Below, one piece after another: positions 6,680-15,369 of a stretch of DNA of 32,000 nt. Made by a program: the position numbers and the translations under genes. This DNA is from Erysipelotrichaceae bacterium MTC7 (GTDB taxonomy: Bacteria > Bacillota_I > Bacilli_A > Erysipelotrichales > Erysipelotrichaceae), in the NCBI GenBank assembly GCA_001695645.1, contig LVZN01000017.1:7950-39949 (forward strand). The letters are read 5' to 3'. How positions within the stretch are numbered: position 1 is the stretch's first letter; every line of letters begins with the position of its first letter. The notes under the pieces are model-generated. The model was not told the DNA's origin, made no database searches, and saw only the letters and a program-made list of their open reading frames with translations.

Positions 6680-6697
6680 CTATAAGGAGAGAAAATT

Positions 6698-8143
6698 ATG
6701 GCTTCAATCAAACAAAGAAAATCAAGTTTTTCAGTTATTTATTGGTACTTAGATAGTGCAGGAGAAAGAAAACAAAAATGGGACACGCTGGAAACAAGAA
6801 AAGAAGCAAAACAGCGAAAAGCCTTTATAGAATACTATCAAGAGAAATTTGGATATGTGATAGTTCCATTAGAGGAACAATTTGCACATCAGATTGAAAA
6901 TTCTAAAAAGGAGTTAGATGTTGTAGACAAAGATATTACATTGCGTGATTTCCTAGAAATTTTTGTTAATTTATATGGCACATCTAAATGGTCGCCGAGT
7001 ACATTTAGTAGTAAGGTAGGCAGTATTGAAAATTATATCAATCCGATTATTGGAGATTGGAAACTGAATGAAATAACTACAAAAAGTCTATCAAAATACT
7101 ACAATGATTTATTGAGCGTTCCAGAAGTACCACGGGCAAACAGAAAAGCAACTGGTCGTTGTGTTCAACCAGCGAACATCAAAAAAATACATGATATTAT
7201 CCGCTGTGCCTTAAATCAAGCTATCCGCTGGGAGTATATTGATACAAACAAAAGAAACCCTGCGTCTTTGGCTACGTTACCAAAAATTCCAAAGACTAGG
7301 CGAAAAGTGTGGAGTGTTCAAACATTTCGAGAAGCGGTAAAAGCCACGGAAGATGATTTGCTTTCAATTTGTATGCACTTAGCTTTTTCCTGCTCTATGC
7401 GAATTGGAGAAATTACAGGACTTACATGGGAAGATGTTATTATTGATGAAGAGTCCATTGCTACAAATAATGCAAAGGTAATCATCAATAAAGAACTTTC
7501 AAGAGTAAATGCAGAAGCTATGCAGAAATTAAAGGAAAAGGATATTTTAAAGATTTTCCCAACGCAAAAACCGCATTGTACCACAAGGCTTGTCTTGAAA
7601 ACGCCAAAAACAGAAACAAGTAATCGTGTTGTCTGGTTACCTAAAACAGTTGCGGAACTATTGGTGCAATATAAAAAAGACCAGCAGGAATTAAAGGAAT
7701 TTTTAGGAAGTGCCTACAATGATTACAACCTTGTTATTGCGTTGGATAATGGCAATCCCGTGGAAAGCCGTATTGTTAGAGATAGGTTTCAAAAGCTCTG
7801 TGAAGAAAACGATTATGAAGTTGTGGTATTTCACAGCCTACGCCATTTAAGTACGGGTTATAAACTCAAAATGACAAACGGAGATGTTAAGTCCGTACAA
7901 GGCGATACTGGTCACGCAGAAGCAGAAATGGTTACAGATGTATATTCAGAAATCATTGACGAGGACAGACGTTTCAATGCACAAAAAATGGATAAAGAAT
8001 TTTATTCTACGCTTAATGATGATACAGACAATCCAAAGCAAGATACCGACTTAACCGATAGTGATATGGCGTTATTGGAACTGATTAAATCTTTATCGCC
8101 AGAAATGAAAGAGCAATTTTTAAAGCAGGCACTTCAAAGATAG
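6698..8143 (+). CDS. int: Tyrosine recombinase/integrase (481 aa) with an acidic C-terminal extension
   Basis: Catalytic-domain motifs: MRIGEITGLTWEDV (Arg), HSLRHLSTGY (H-x-x-R), GHAEAEMVTDVYSEI (His...Tyr). SD AAGGAGAG is upstream. Confidence 0.9.
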   Translation: MASIKQRKSSFSVIYWYLDSAGERKQKWDTLETRKEAKQRKAFIEYYQEKFGYVIVPLEEQFAHQIENSKKELDVVDKDITLRDFLEIFVNLYGTSKWSPSTFSSKVGSIENYINPIIGDWKLNEITTKSLSKYYNDLLSVPEVPRANRKATGRCVQPANIKKIHDIIRCALNQAIRWEYIDTNKRNPASLATLPKIPKTRRKVWSVQTFREAVKATEDDLLSICMHLAFSCSMRIGEITGLTWEDVIIDEESIATNNAKVIINKELSRVNAEAMQKLKEKDILKIFPTQKPHCTTRLVLKTPKTETSNRVVWLPKTVAELLVQYKKDQQELKEFLGSAYNDYNLVIALDNGNPVESRIVRDRFQKLCEENDYEVVVFHSLRHLSTGYKLKMTNGDVKSVQGDTGHAEAEMVTDVYSEIIDEDRRFNAQKMDKEFYSTLNDDTDNPKQDTDLTDSDMALLELIKSLSPEMKEQFLKQALQR

Positions 8144-8149
8144 AATTTC

Positions 8150-8213
8150 AAAAGTGTTAGCAAATTCCAAAAAAACCAGCGATTTTTCTTCAAAAATAAA
8201 AAAGTGTTAGCAA
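8150..8213 (+). repeat. Two direct copies of AAAAGTGTTAGCAA spaced exactly 50 bp apart; candidate integrase arm-type sites
   Basis: Identical 14-mers at 8150-8163 and 8200-8213, between the int stop and the presumed element end. Confidence 0.35.
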
Positions 8214-8300
8214 GCCTATTTCCTTAAAAGTCTTAAAAAAATATCGAATAAAAAATGACAGATTGAAAACAATTCGTATTCAGCGTAAATAGAAAGCCAT

Positions 8301-8344
8301 AAATAAAGAAACGCTGAAAACCTTGTAAAATAAGGCTTTCAGCG
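8301..8344 (-). terminator. Rho-independent terminator downstream of tRNA-Arg
   Basis: On the minus strand: CGCTGAAAGCC-loop-GGTTTTCAGCG (11 bp, one G-T pair) followed by TTTCTTTATTT. Confidence 0.6.
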
Positions 8345-8351
8345 GAGTTTG

Positions 8352-8428
8352 TGGCGTCCCAGACAGGAGTCGAACCTGCGACGTTTCGCTTAGGAGGCGA
8401 ACCCTCTATCCTGCTGAGGTACTGGGAC
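8352..8428 (-). tRNA. tRNA-Arg (anticodon CCU)
   Basis: A hand-folded cloverleaf from GTCCCAGTACCTCAGCAGGATAGAGGGTTCGCCTCCTAAGCGAAACGTCGCAGGTTCGACTCCTGTCTGGGACGCCA. It has a 7-bp acceptor stem, anticodon loop CTCCTAA, T-loop TTCGACT and an encoded CCA. Confidence 0.85.
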
Positions 8429-8482
8429 ATTCTTAAAAATCTATTCAATTTTATCTAGTTATCATATCAAAAGGCGTTTGTT

Positions 8483-8531
8483 CCACCTAGCCCTTAGGAG
8501 GGGCGGGTTATATCCATTTAACTACGGAGGC
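8483..8531 (-). pseudogene. tRNA-like 5' fragment (acceptor 5' strand, D-arm and a CCU anticodon arm) lacking the T-arm 3' strand and acceptor 3' strand
   Basis: The minus strand reads GCCTCCG TA GTTAAATGGATATAAC C CGCCC CTCCTAA GGGCT AGGT GGAAC..., with no complementary CGGAGGC downstream. Confidence 0.4.
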
Positions 8532-8578
8532 GTGACCTCTATTATCATACTACAAATGGATACAATTTTCATGGTAAT

Positions 8579-9649
8579 TTACTTTGTTGGGTCAACTAGC
8601 ATAAAGTCACGCACTTTATGGACCGCTTGTTCATACGCTTCTGTAAAGTAACGAAGCGTCATGATAACAGGAGGAAATGAATTGAAGTCCTCAACTTGAA
8701 GCGTATGTTCAGTATATGCTTGTACAAATGGTTCTAGTTTTTCCAGTTGTGCTAAAGTTGTTGGTGCAACTGGCTTTGCCATATTGTCTTCAATGTTTAC
8801 ATCACAAGAGGCAAACCGTTTTTGCCATTTGTAAGGAATGGTCATGATGATATCTCCACCAATAAATTCAGACCAGTGCAATTGATGACGATAGTATGCC
8901 GTTAGTATTCTTGTTTGATATCCTCGTTCTTTGAAGATGTGATAAATCTTTTTACAAATTGCAACACCTGCATAATTAAATGCATCTGGTTGAATTACAA
9001 TATTTTCCTTATCTGCATATGCACGCAACCAGTCTTCTTGCATTCCTAGCAGAACCGCGCAAACAGGGTTTAGCGACGCGTTTGACTTTCCTTCAGCTGT
9101 TCTTCGCTTCATACCACTTTCGATAGCTGTAGCCGCTGCAATGGCTTGATCGACGCTAAAACATAATGTTGCCATAACACTGATGCCTTCATACGTAGCT
9201 TCTTCCATCGCTTTTATACCTTCACTTGTTGAAGGTATTTTCACTTGCATATTTACATTACATGCATGTACATCACGCGCCATCTGCAGCATACGTTCTG
9301 CATGATTGTAATCATAGATACTTGTTTGAATGGAAAACCGCCCTTTGGTTGGGTGTCCTTCTTTCCACATTGGCAAGAACATCTTGCTGCGTTCTTTTCC
9401 CATTTCCAGTGTCCACTGCCAAATAAGCTCATATTCATTCATCGTTGGGTATTTCTTTTGTAGTTCTTGAATGATCGGTTTGTGCAATTCTACTGGCTCA
9501 TCACACATCATACGACTCACCCAAGTTAGACTTGTTGTCACTCCGGTGTTGTGATTTTCAATTGCGTATGCATGGTGATCTATATGGAAAGAATCCATCC
9601 AAATTTCCGTTTGTGGAAACTTTTCTTGTGTTTCGATTATTTTATTCAT
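8579..9649 (-). CDS. Transaldolase-family protein
   Basis: 356 aa. The motif NMQVKIPSTSEGIKAMEE fits the transaldolase Schiff-base lysine motif (V-K-I-P-x-T-x-E-G). SD GAGGGA is upstream. Confidence 0.65.
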   Translation of the reverse strand: MNKIIETQEKFPQTEIWMDSFHIDHHAYAIENHNTGVTTSLTWVSRMMCDEPVELHKPIIQELQKKYPTMNEYELIWQWTLEMGKERSKMFLPMWKEGHPTKGRFSIQTSIYDYNHAERMLQMARDVHACNVNMQVKIPSTSEGIKAMEEATYEGISVMATLCFSVDQAIAAATAIESGMKRRTAEGKSNASLNPVCAVLLGMQEDWLRAYADKENIVIQPDAFNYAGVAICKKIYHIFKERGYQTRILTAYYRHQLHWSEFIGGDIIMTIPYKWQKRFASCDVNIEDNMAKPVAPTTLAQLEKLEPFVQAYTEHTLQVEDFNSFPPVIMTLRYFTEAYEQAVHKVRDFMLVDPTK

Positions 9650-9674
9650 AGTATGTCCCTCGCTTTACATACCC

Positions 9675-9703
9675 ATCATAGTCGCTGTTACTTTGTCTTG
9701 CAA
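9675..9703 (-). promoter_or_regulatory. Putative sigmaA promoter of the transaldolase-family gene
   Basis: Minus strand TTGCAA-17 nt-TATGAT, about 25 nt upstream of the start. Confidence 0.4.
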
Positions 9704-9712
9704 ATACGAATC

Positions 9713-9752
9713 AAACAAAAACAAAAAAACAAGGGAATTCCTTTGAATCCCC
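9713..9752 (-). terminator. Rho-independent terminator ending the glycosidase operon
   Basis: Minus strand GGGGATTC-AAAG-GAATTCCC followed by TTGTTTTTTTGTTTTTG. Confidence 0.55.
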
Positions 9753-9895
9753 ATGTTTTTATATGTTTTCTCCAAAATTTTATTTTTTCGTAATATGGAT
9801 TTTTAAAAACAAATTCCATCTATCACAATCAGTCATCTGTGATTCAACACGCTTTGTTTTTGTGTAGGTATCTTTATAGATACCCTTACACCGTT

Positions 9896-12800
9896 TTATG
9901 CTTTATCTTTTTCATCTTTTCTACGCTTGATTAAAATGATAATGAATCCACTTCCAAGCAGTCCAAACATAAAGTAAATCACACCAGACAATTGTCCGTT
10001 TTGCATAATTGCGCCAAACGCTGCTTTTTGTCCCGTATTACTTCCTTTTACTTTACCCTTATCTTTGCCTGCACTAGCACTTTGACTGTCTGTTTGACTT
10101 TCGTTTTTACCTTCAGTCACCATAGAAATATCTTTTCCATTTGTGTCATCGTCATCTATATCAATGGAAGGTAGAACTTGACTTCCTTGTTTATCTTCCT
10201 CTTTTTCTACTTTTGTTTCATTAGACTTTCCAGGTTGCTCAGGAATCGTTGGCTCTGATGGTTCAGGTTTCACTTCTGGTTTTTCAGGCGTTTCTGGTTC
10301 TGTTGGTTTTTCGTCTTTGATTTCCAACGTTGCCAATGCTTCATCCAGTTTTTCTGATAACGCTTGTAGTTGTGCTGCTTCTACATCAGCTGACTGTTCT
10401 GGTGTTGCCAAGAATGCTTCCGCATCACTAACCACAGACATCAGTCTTGCCACGCTTGCTTCCGTATATGCCCCAAAGTTTGTTGCTTTGATTCCTTCTA
10501 CTTTTGCACTTAAGTATGAACGATCTACTTTTAAGCGTAGTTGCGCGATTGCTTTTGCAAGTTTATTTACTTGTGTACTGATTTGCTCTGCTGTTGCATC
10601 TTCATCTTCATACACTTCTTTTGCTTCTGCTAATGCTTCTAATAATGCACCGTAGCTTTCTTTTGTATATCGGTCTGCATTTGCATCTTTTGCCTCTGCT
10701 AGTGAAATCATGTATGCAAGTGCATCCTTACTTGGTTTTAATACCAATTGTACAAGTGTACTTTCCAACTGTTCATACGCTTCTTCAACCTCGTATGTAA
10801 GTGCTCCACCTTCAATACTCAATACTGCTTTTGCATTTTCTAGTGCAGCCATAAAGTTTTCTTTTGCTTCATTGTTCATGTAGTCATCTAAATTCACTGC
10901 AAGACATTCATCATAAAGTGCTTGTAACTTTGTCGTATCTGCTTTGATGTAATCAAGTAGTTCAAGTGCTTCTGTCAATCTAATAATTGAAAGACTCATT
11001 GCTTCACTTGTTGCATTTGCATCTTCATACAAGTCAATTGCTTCTTCTAGTGCAGCATAGTATTCTGCTTTTGCACCATCAATTAGCTTATCTACATTTC
11101 CGTTATCTACTTCAACTTGTGCGAGGTCGATGAAGATTTTCAGAATTTGTTTTTCCATAGATTCTGGTACCACTTGTTCCAATCCTTTATAAGCTTCATC
11201 TAATGAAGCGTATGCTTGATCAATTGCTTCTTGCGTTGGTGCATCACCACTTACGACTGCTTTTGCTGTCTCCAATGCTTCTTGAAGTGCAGTCCAGCTT
11301 TCTGGTGTATATGCTTCTTCGTCTAATGTTTCAACTGTCTCAATTAACGTGTTAAGTTCACTCATATCTACAGCAGGTTCTGCTACATCATAAACAACAG
11401 TAATCATCGTATCGGCACTTCGATCTTCCGCTACAAGGTAAGCTCTTTGCACGTGTTCGTATATTGGGAGTATCGTAGTTGCAGCATTGTTGCTTGTAAT
11501 ATCTAGTTCAGGGTAATTTGAATCCTCTAAACGAACAACATATGTCTTTGTTTGTTCATCATACGATTCAAAACCATTAAAAGATTCTATAGGCGTACCA
11601 TTTAAGGTAACTTCCTCGATATTGATTGAACCGTTTGCTTCAGGAACATTAACTGATTCATATACCTCAATTTCGGTTAATCCGATACATTTACCAACTG
11701 TTGGTGATTTCAGCCAAACCCTTAAACTTTGTGTTTCTATGGCATGAATAAAGCCATATGGTGTATCACCTGCAAGATAAGACACTTGGGTAATATGCGA
11801 TGATTCAATTTCTTTCCATGTATTATCTTTTGTATCTAAATATTCAAAACGAACATTATCGTCTCCAGGCACGACACTAAACGCATTGTCTGTAAAGTGC
11901 CATAGTTTTACATTTTGCATTTTATGTGGCTCTGACCAATCTAATTGCACATAAGTATCAACAGTAGGGTTTTCATTCCGAAGTCCCCAGTTTGTCCACC
12001 TTGCACTTTCTCTAACACTTTCTGTTTTTACACCATCATTTAGTTCTAGTAATGAGTCATTGATAGCTGTTGTACTTGGATCACTGACAACTCCATTTCG
12101 TAATGTCCCATTTTTAAATACAGGAGCACCTACAAAGTTCTTACTTGCAATATTTTTAGCATCCGCTAATTTATCAAGTACTCTAAGGCTCAAATTTGCT
12201 GTGTACACTTCATTTAAGACACTCAGAGAACCAACGATGTTTTTCATTCCCTTTGTTGCATAATCATCACTGCTGAGTTCCCAAGAAACTGGAAAATACT
12301 CACTAAATGTCCCATCAGCGTAAAATCCACGTAATGTCTGTGGTAGTTTTGGCATAACTTCCGCCGTTGTCATTGTTGCATAGTTTTCGAAAGCTACAAT
12401 ATCACCAATAACATGTATTTTCATTGTTACAGGAATGCTTTTTCCATCAATTGTACCTTCTACATCAAATACTTGAATTTCACTAACATCTTCTTCACTA
12501 ACTGCATTCCATGTAATAGATAAGTCAACCTTGCTTCCATCGCTGTTAGTACCTGTTACCGAACTTGGTAAGGCTGGTATCGTTCCTTGTGCCACGTAAA
12601 CATCTTTTGACATCGTGTAGTAGCTTAAGTATGCATCATCACTTGATGTATCTTTACCTGTTTGCACCGTTACACTTGTACTTTCTAGTCCATCGCTAGT
12701 GGCTTTTAGTGTGAATGATCCTTCCTCTTTTGTAGATTGCACAATAACCAGTGCTTTTCCACTAAACGCTTTGCGAGATGAACCCTTGTACGATTCAATG

Positions 12801-15292
12801 CTTGCTGCATTTCCATTATCGACACCAACAATTTTCCCATTTCCCTCTATGGAGAAATCAATCTTGTTATTTGCACCTGCTACAAAGTTACCATCAGCAT
12901 CTTGTACATCAACCGTGATATATGCAAGACTAGAACCGTTTGCGATAATTTCACTTTTGTCAGCGTTAGCAACTAATTTAGCTGTCGAAACAGTTGTTGT
13001 TGCTGATTGGTTTCCAACAGTTTCCTCAATTACATTTCCTTCTTTATCTAGTGCAACTGCACGAAGTGCTCCTGCTGCCCAAGTTACTTCAAATGATGGA
13101 TAGAATTTATTTCCAAACTTTTGATACTTGTATCCTGTTGTAGTTGTATATTCCGTCGCTGTTTGTGTTCCTACTTTTTCATCATTTAAGTACAATTCGA
13201 CCGTATGTGCATTTGAGTACACATCAACTTGTACTTTTCCATTCCCATTTTTGACAATCTCATCATTGTTCCAATTGGACATGATGTGTAATGTATCATT
13301 CTTTTCATCCCACAAGCTCTTATATAAATAATATGTATCTTTAGGGAATCCCGCAGTATCAACAATCCCAAAATACGAAGAATTCGGTGTTGGACCTTGA
13401 CCGCTTACACTTCCTTGACCTACTCCATTCCAAGGTGTTGGTTCACCTAAATAATCAAAACCAGTCCAAACAAATTGACCTGCATTAAAGTCGTTTTCAA
13501 TAACATAACTCCAAGCATTACTTGCAGAGTGACCCCAACCTACTTTTGCTTGATCGTTATCATATTCACTTAATTGAAGATTTGTTCCATCGGTGCCATA
13601 TGTACTATAAATACCACGACTATGAATCGCACTTGTTGTTTCAGCACCGTATAATTTCCATTCGGGATTTTGTGAATGCTTATTTTTGAATGCAGTTGCA
13701 GTAGCGTAGTTAAAACCAACAACTCCGCCTGCTTCATGAATGATTTGATCAATTTTTCCAACGTTCCCATCTCCGCGTCGGTTATCACCAATCGTTACTG
13801 GACGGGTTGCATCAGTTTCTTGAATCCAGCGGATAATATCACGCGATAATTCAACATAATGCGATGTATTACCAGATACTCCTTCATCAATTTCATTACC
13901 AATTGACCACATAATAATGGATGGATTATTAATACCACTTCTTACCATTGCTTTAGCATCAAACTCTCCCCATTTCATCCCCGTACTTCCATGGAGAATT
14001 TCATTATCTTCCTCAATAAGCGTATTAAAATACTTCGTGTAATCATTCGTATTTCCATTCTTATATTCAGTCCAACCATCAAAAGCTTCATTGATTACGA
14101 GCATTCCCTCTTCATCACAAATTTCAAGTAATGCTGTTGCAGCTGGGTTGTGTGTTACTCTAATTGCATTTGCACCCATTTCTTTTAGGATTTTAACTTG
14201 TCGTGCGATTGCATCACGGTTTGCGACAGCTCCTAACGATCCTTGATCATGGTGCATAGATACACCTTTAAGTTTCATTTTCTCACCATTTAGTGAGAAT
14301 CCAGTGTTTGCATCAAAGTTATAATGTCGGAATCCGTAAACCGTATCGTATGTATCTATTGTTTTATCAGCTTTGCTAACTTCAACACGAACTGTATATA
14401 AATAAGGATTCTCTATTGACCATGTTGTTACATTTTCAACATCCATAGTAGTATTGAATTCAGTTGTGCCATTTACTTCGATGCTTTTGTTTTGTTTTCC
14501 TGATGTGGAAACAATTTTCCCCTTTGCATCAACAAGGCTAGTTTTCACATCAACTGTTTGTCTATCTTCACTATCATTATCTACAGTTGTAACTACGTTT
14601 AATTCACCATTTCCATTTACAATGATATTTTCTGCATCTGCCGTTACAACAACTCCAGTGTTTGCCACATGCACTTCATCTGCAACCGTTAGTTTTACAT
14701 CGCGATAGATTCCACTACCTGAATACCATCGACTACTCGGTAGCTTATTATCTGTTTTTACCGCGATAACATTTTCTGTTTTCCCATCAATTACAAGATG
14801 GTCCTTTAAATTGTATGCAAATGCTGTATATCCATATGGATGTGTACCTATTTTCTTGCCATTTACATATATTTCTGAATTCATATATGCACCATCAAAT
14901 TCAATAGTAAGTTGTTTGTCTGCATATTTTTCTGGCACAATGAATTCTTTGCGATACCAACCAACACCACCAAGTAAAAACCCACTTTCAGCCTCACCAG
15001 CGACAGTAAACTCTGTATCTATACTATAGTCGTGTGGTAAAGTGATTGACTCCCACTCTTGTGTGTCGATTCCTTGTTTTTCCGCATCCTGTTTATTTCC
15101 ACGATAAAACTTCCAATTTTCATTAAAATTTGTTGTTCGCTCCGATTCCCCGATAATATCTACGTAAATATCCTCGGGTTTTGTGAAACTGACCTGTTCA
15201 TTATTTTTTTTCATAACGTTTGTATTCATTGGTAGACTTGTAAAACTAAGCAATGATACTAACGCTACAATACCAAGTTTTTTAATATTCAT
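9896..15292 (-). CDS. Giant secreted GH2 beta-galactosidase-type glycosidase with Ig-like and discoidin-type modules, a FIVAR-like helical stalk, a Pro/Glu linker and a C-terminal TM anchor
   Basis: Start MNIKKLGIVALVSLLSF (signal peptide) follows an AAAGGGGA SD; the track ORF begins 20 codons earlier. GH2 motifs: NWKFYRGN, WESITLPHDYS, NAIRVTHNP, IIMWSIGNE. The tail is ...QLSGVIYFMFGLLGSGFIIILIKRRKDEKDKA. Confidence 0.85.
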   Translation of the reverse strand: MNIKKLGIVALVSLLSFTSLPMNTNVMKKNNEQVSFTKPEDIYVDIIGESERTTNFNENWKFYRGNKQDAEKQGIDTQEWESITLPHDYSIDTEFTVAGEAESGFLLGGVGWYRKEFIVPEKYADKQLTIEFDGAYMNSEIYVNGKKIGTHPYGYTAFAYNLKDHLVIDGKTENVIAVKTDNKLPSSRWYSGSGIYRDVKLTVADEVHVANTGVVVTADAENIIVNGNGELNVVTTVDNDSEDRQTVDVKTSLVDAKGKIVSTSGKQNKSIEVNGTTEFNTTMDVENVTTWSIENPYLYTVRVEVSKADKTIDTYDTVYGFRHYNFDANTGFSLNGEKMKLKGVSMHHDQGSLGAVANRDAIARQVKILKEMGANAIRVTHNPAATALLEICDEEGMLVINEAFDGWTEYKNGNTNDYTKYFNTLIEEDNEILHGSTGMKWGEFDAKAMVRSGINNPSIIMWSIGNEIDEGVSGNTSHYVELSRDIIRWIQETDATRPVTIGDNRRGDGNVGKIDQIIHEAGGVVGFNYATATAFKNKHSQNPEWKLYGAETTSAIHSRGIYSTYGTDGTNLQLSEYDNDQAKVGWGHSASNAWSYVIENDFNAGQFVWTGFDYLGEPTPWNGVGQGSVSGQGPTPNSSYFGIVDTAGFPKDTYYLYKSLWDEKNDTLHIMSNWNNDEIVKNGNGKVQVDVYSNAHTVELYLNDEKVGTQTATEYTTTTGYKYQKFGNKFYPSFEVTWAAGALRAVALDKEGNVIEETVGNQSATTTVSTAKLVANADKSEIIANGSSLAYITVDVQDADGNFVAGANNKIDFSIEGNGKIVGVDNGNAASIESYKGSSRKAFSGKALVIVQSTKEEGSFTLKATSDGLESTSVTVQTGKDTSSDDAYLSYYTMSKDVYVAQGTIPALPSSVTGTNSDGSKVDLSITWNAVSEEDVSEIQVFDVEGTIDGKSIPVTMKIHVIGDIVAFENYATMTTAEVMPKLPQTLRGFYADGTFSEYFPVSWELSSDDYATKGMKNIVGSLSVLNEVYTANLSLRVLDKLADAKNIASKNFVGAPVFKNGTLRNGVVSDPSTTAINDSLLELNDGVKTESVRESARWTNWGLRNENPTVDTYVQLDWSEPHKMQNVKLWHFTDNAFSVVPGDDNVRFEYLDTKDNTWKEIESSHITQVSYLAGDTPYGFIHAIETQSLRVWLKSPTVGKCIGLTEIEVYESVNVPEANGSINIEEVTLNGTPIESFNGFESYDEQTKTYVVRLEDSNYPELDITSNNAATTILPIYEHVQRAYLVAEDRSADTMITVVYDVAEPAVDMSELNTLIETVETLDEEAYTPESWTALQEALETAKAVVSGDAPTQEAIDQAYASLDEAYKGLEQVVPESMEKQILKIFIDLAQVEVDNGNVDKLIDGAKAEYYAALEEAIDLYEDANATSEAMSLSIIRLTEALELLDYIKADTTKLQALYDECLAVNLDDYMNNEAKENFMAALENAKAVLSIEGGALTYEVEEAYEQLESTLVQLVLKPSKDALAYMISLAEAKDANADRYTKESYGALLEALAEAKEVYEDEDATAEQISTQVNKLAKAIAQLRLKVDRSYLSAKVEGIKATNFGAYTEASVARLMSVVSDAEAFLATPEQSADVEAAQLQALSEKLDEALATLEIKDEKPTEPETPEKPEVKPEPSEPTIPEQPGKSNETKVEKEEDKQGSQVLPSIDIDDDDTNGKDISMVTEGKNESQTDSQSASAGKDKGKVKGSNTGQKAAFGAIMQNGQLSGVIYFMFGLLGSGFIIILIKRRKDEKDKA
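10227..11371 (-). repeat. Copy A of the 1,145-bp near-identical direct repeat (stalk and linker coding region of GH2)
   Basis: Aligns to 21256-22400 with a constant offset of 11,029 at both ends, so no indels. By hand count there are about 28 mismatches. Confidence 0.9.
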
Positions 15293-15369
15293 AGATTCCC
15301 CTTTTATTAAATAAGTACTCTTGCTCTTTTCTATACCTTTAAGCAAGAGCACTTCACAATTGTATTATT

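Larger units (their letters stand above)
1..8300. mobile_element. Regulation/recombination end of a Tn916-family-like integrative conjugative element; the left part lies outside the window and the right boundary is approximate
   Basis: The gene order matches the Tn916 regulatory end: orf9-like HTH (reverse), orf7-like sigma, orf8-like, xis, int. It ends in AT-rich DNA next to a tRNA gene. GC content looks higher than in the host genes to the right. The exact end was not determined. Confidence 0.6.

Noticed and set aside
8233-8448. A 71-aa reverse ORF across the ICE end and tRNA
   Set aside because: It overlaps the tRNA-Arg gene and its terminator, so it is a spurious frame.
9226-9793. Several 60-80 aa ORFs overlapping or antisense to the transaldolase-family gene and its upstream region
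   Set aside because: They overlap a better-supported gene or the promoter/terminator region, and they have no SD and implausible composition.
10317-10655. Plus-strand ORFs inside the glycosidase genes (for example 10317-10655, 10594-10800, 12699-13103, 21346-21573, 21623-21829, 24259-24681)
   Set aside because: They lie antisense to long, motif-supported genes, have low-complexity Ser/Ala/Leu-rich translations and lack an SD. The pairs 10317/21346 and 10594/21623 are simply the two copies of the 1,145-bp repeat read on the wrong strand.
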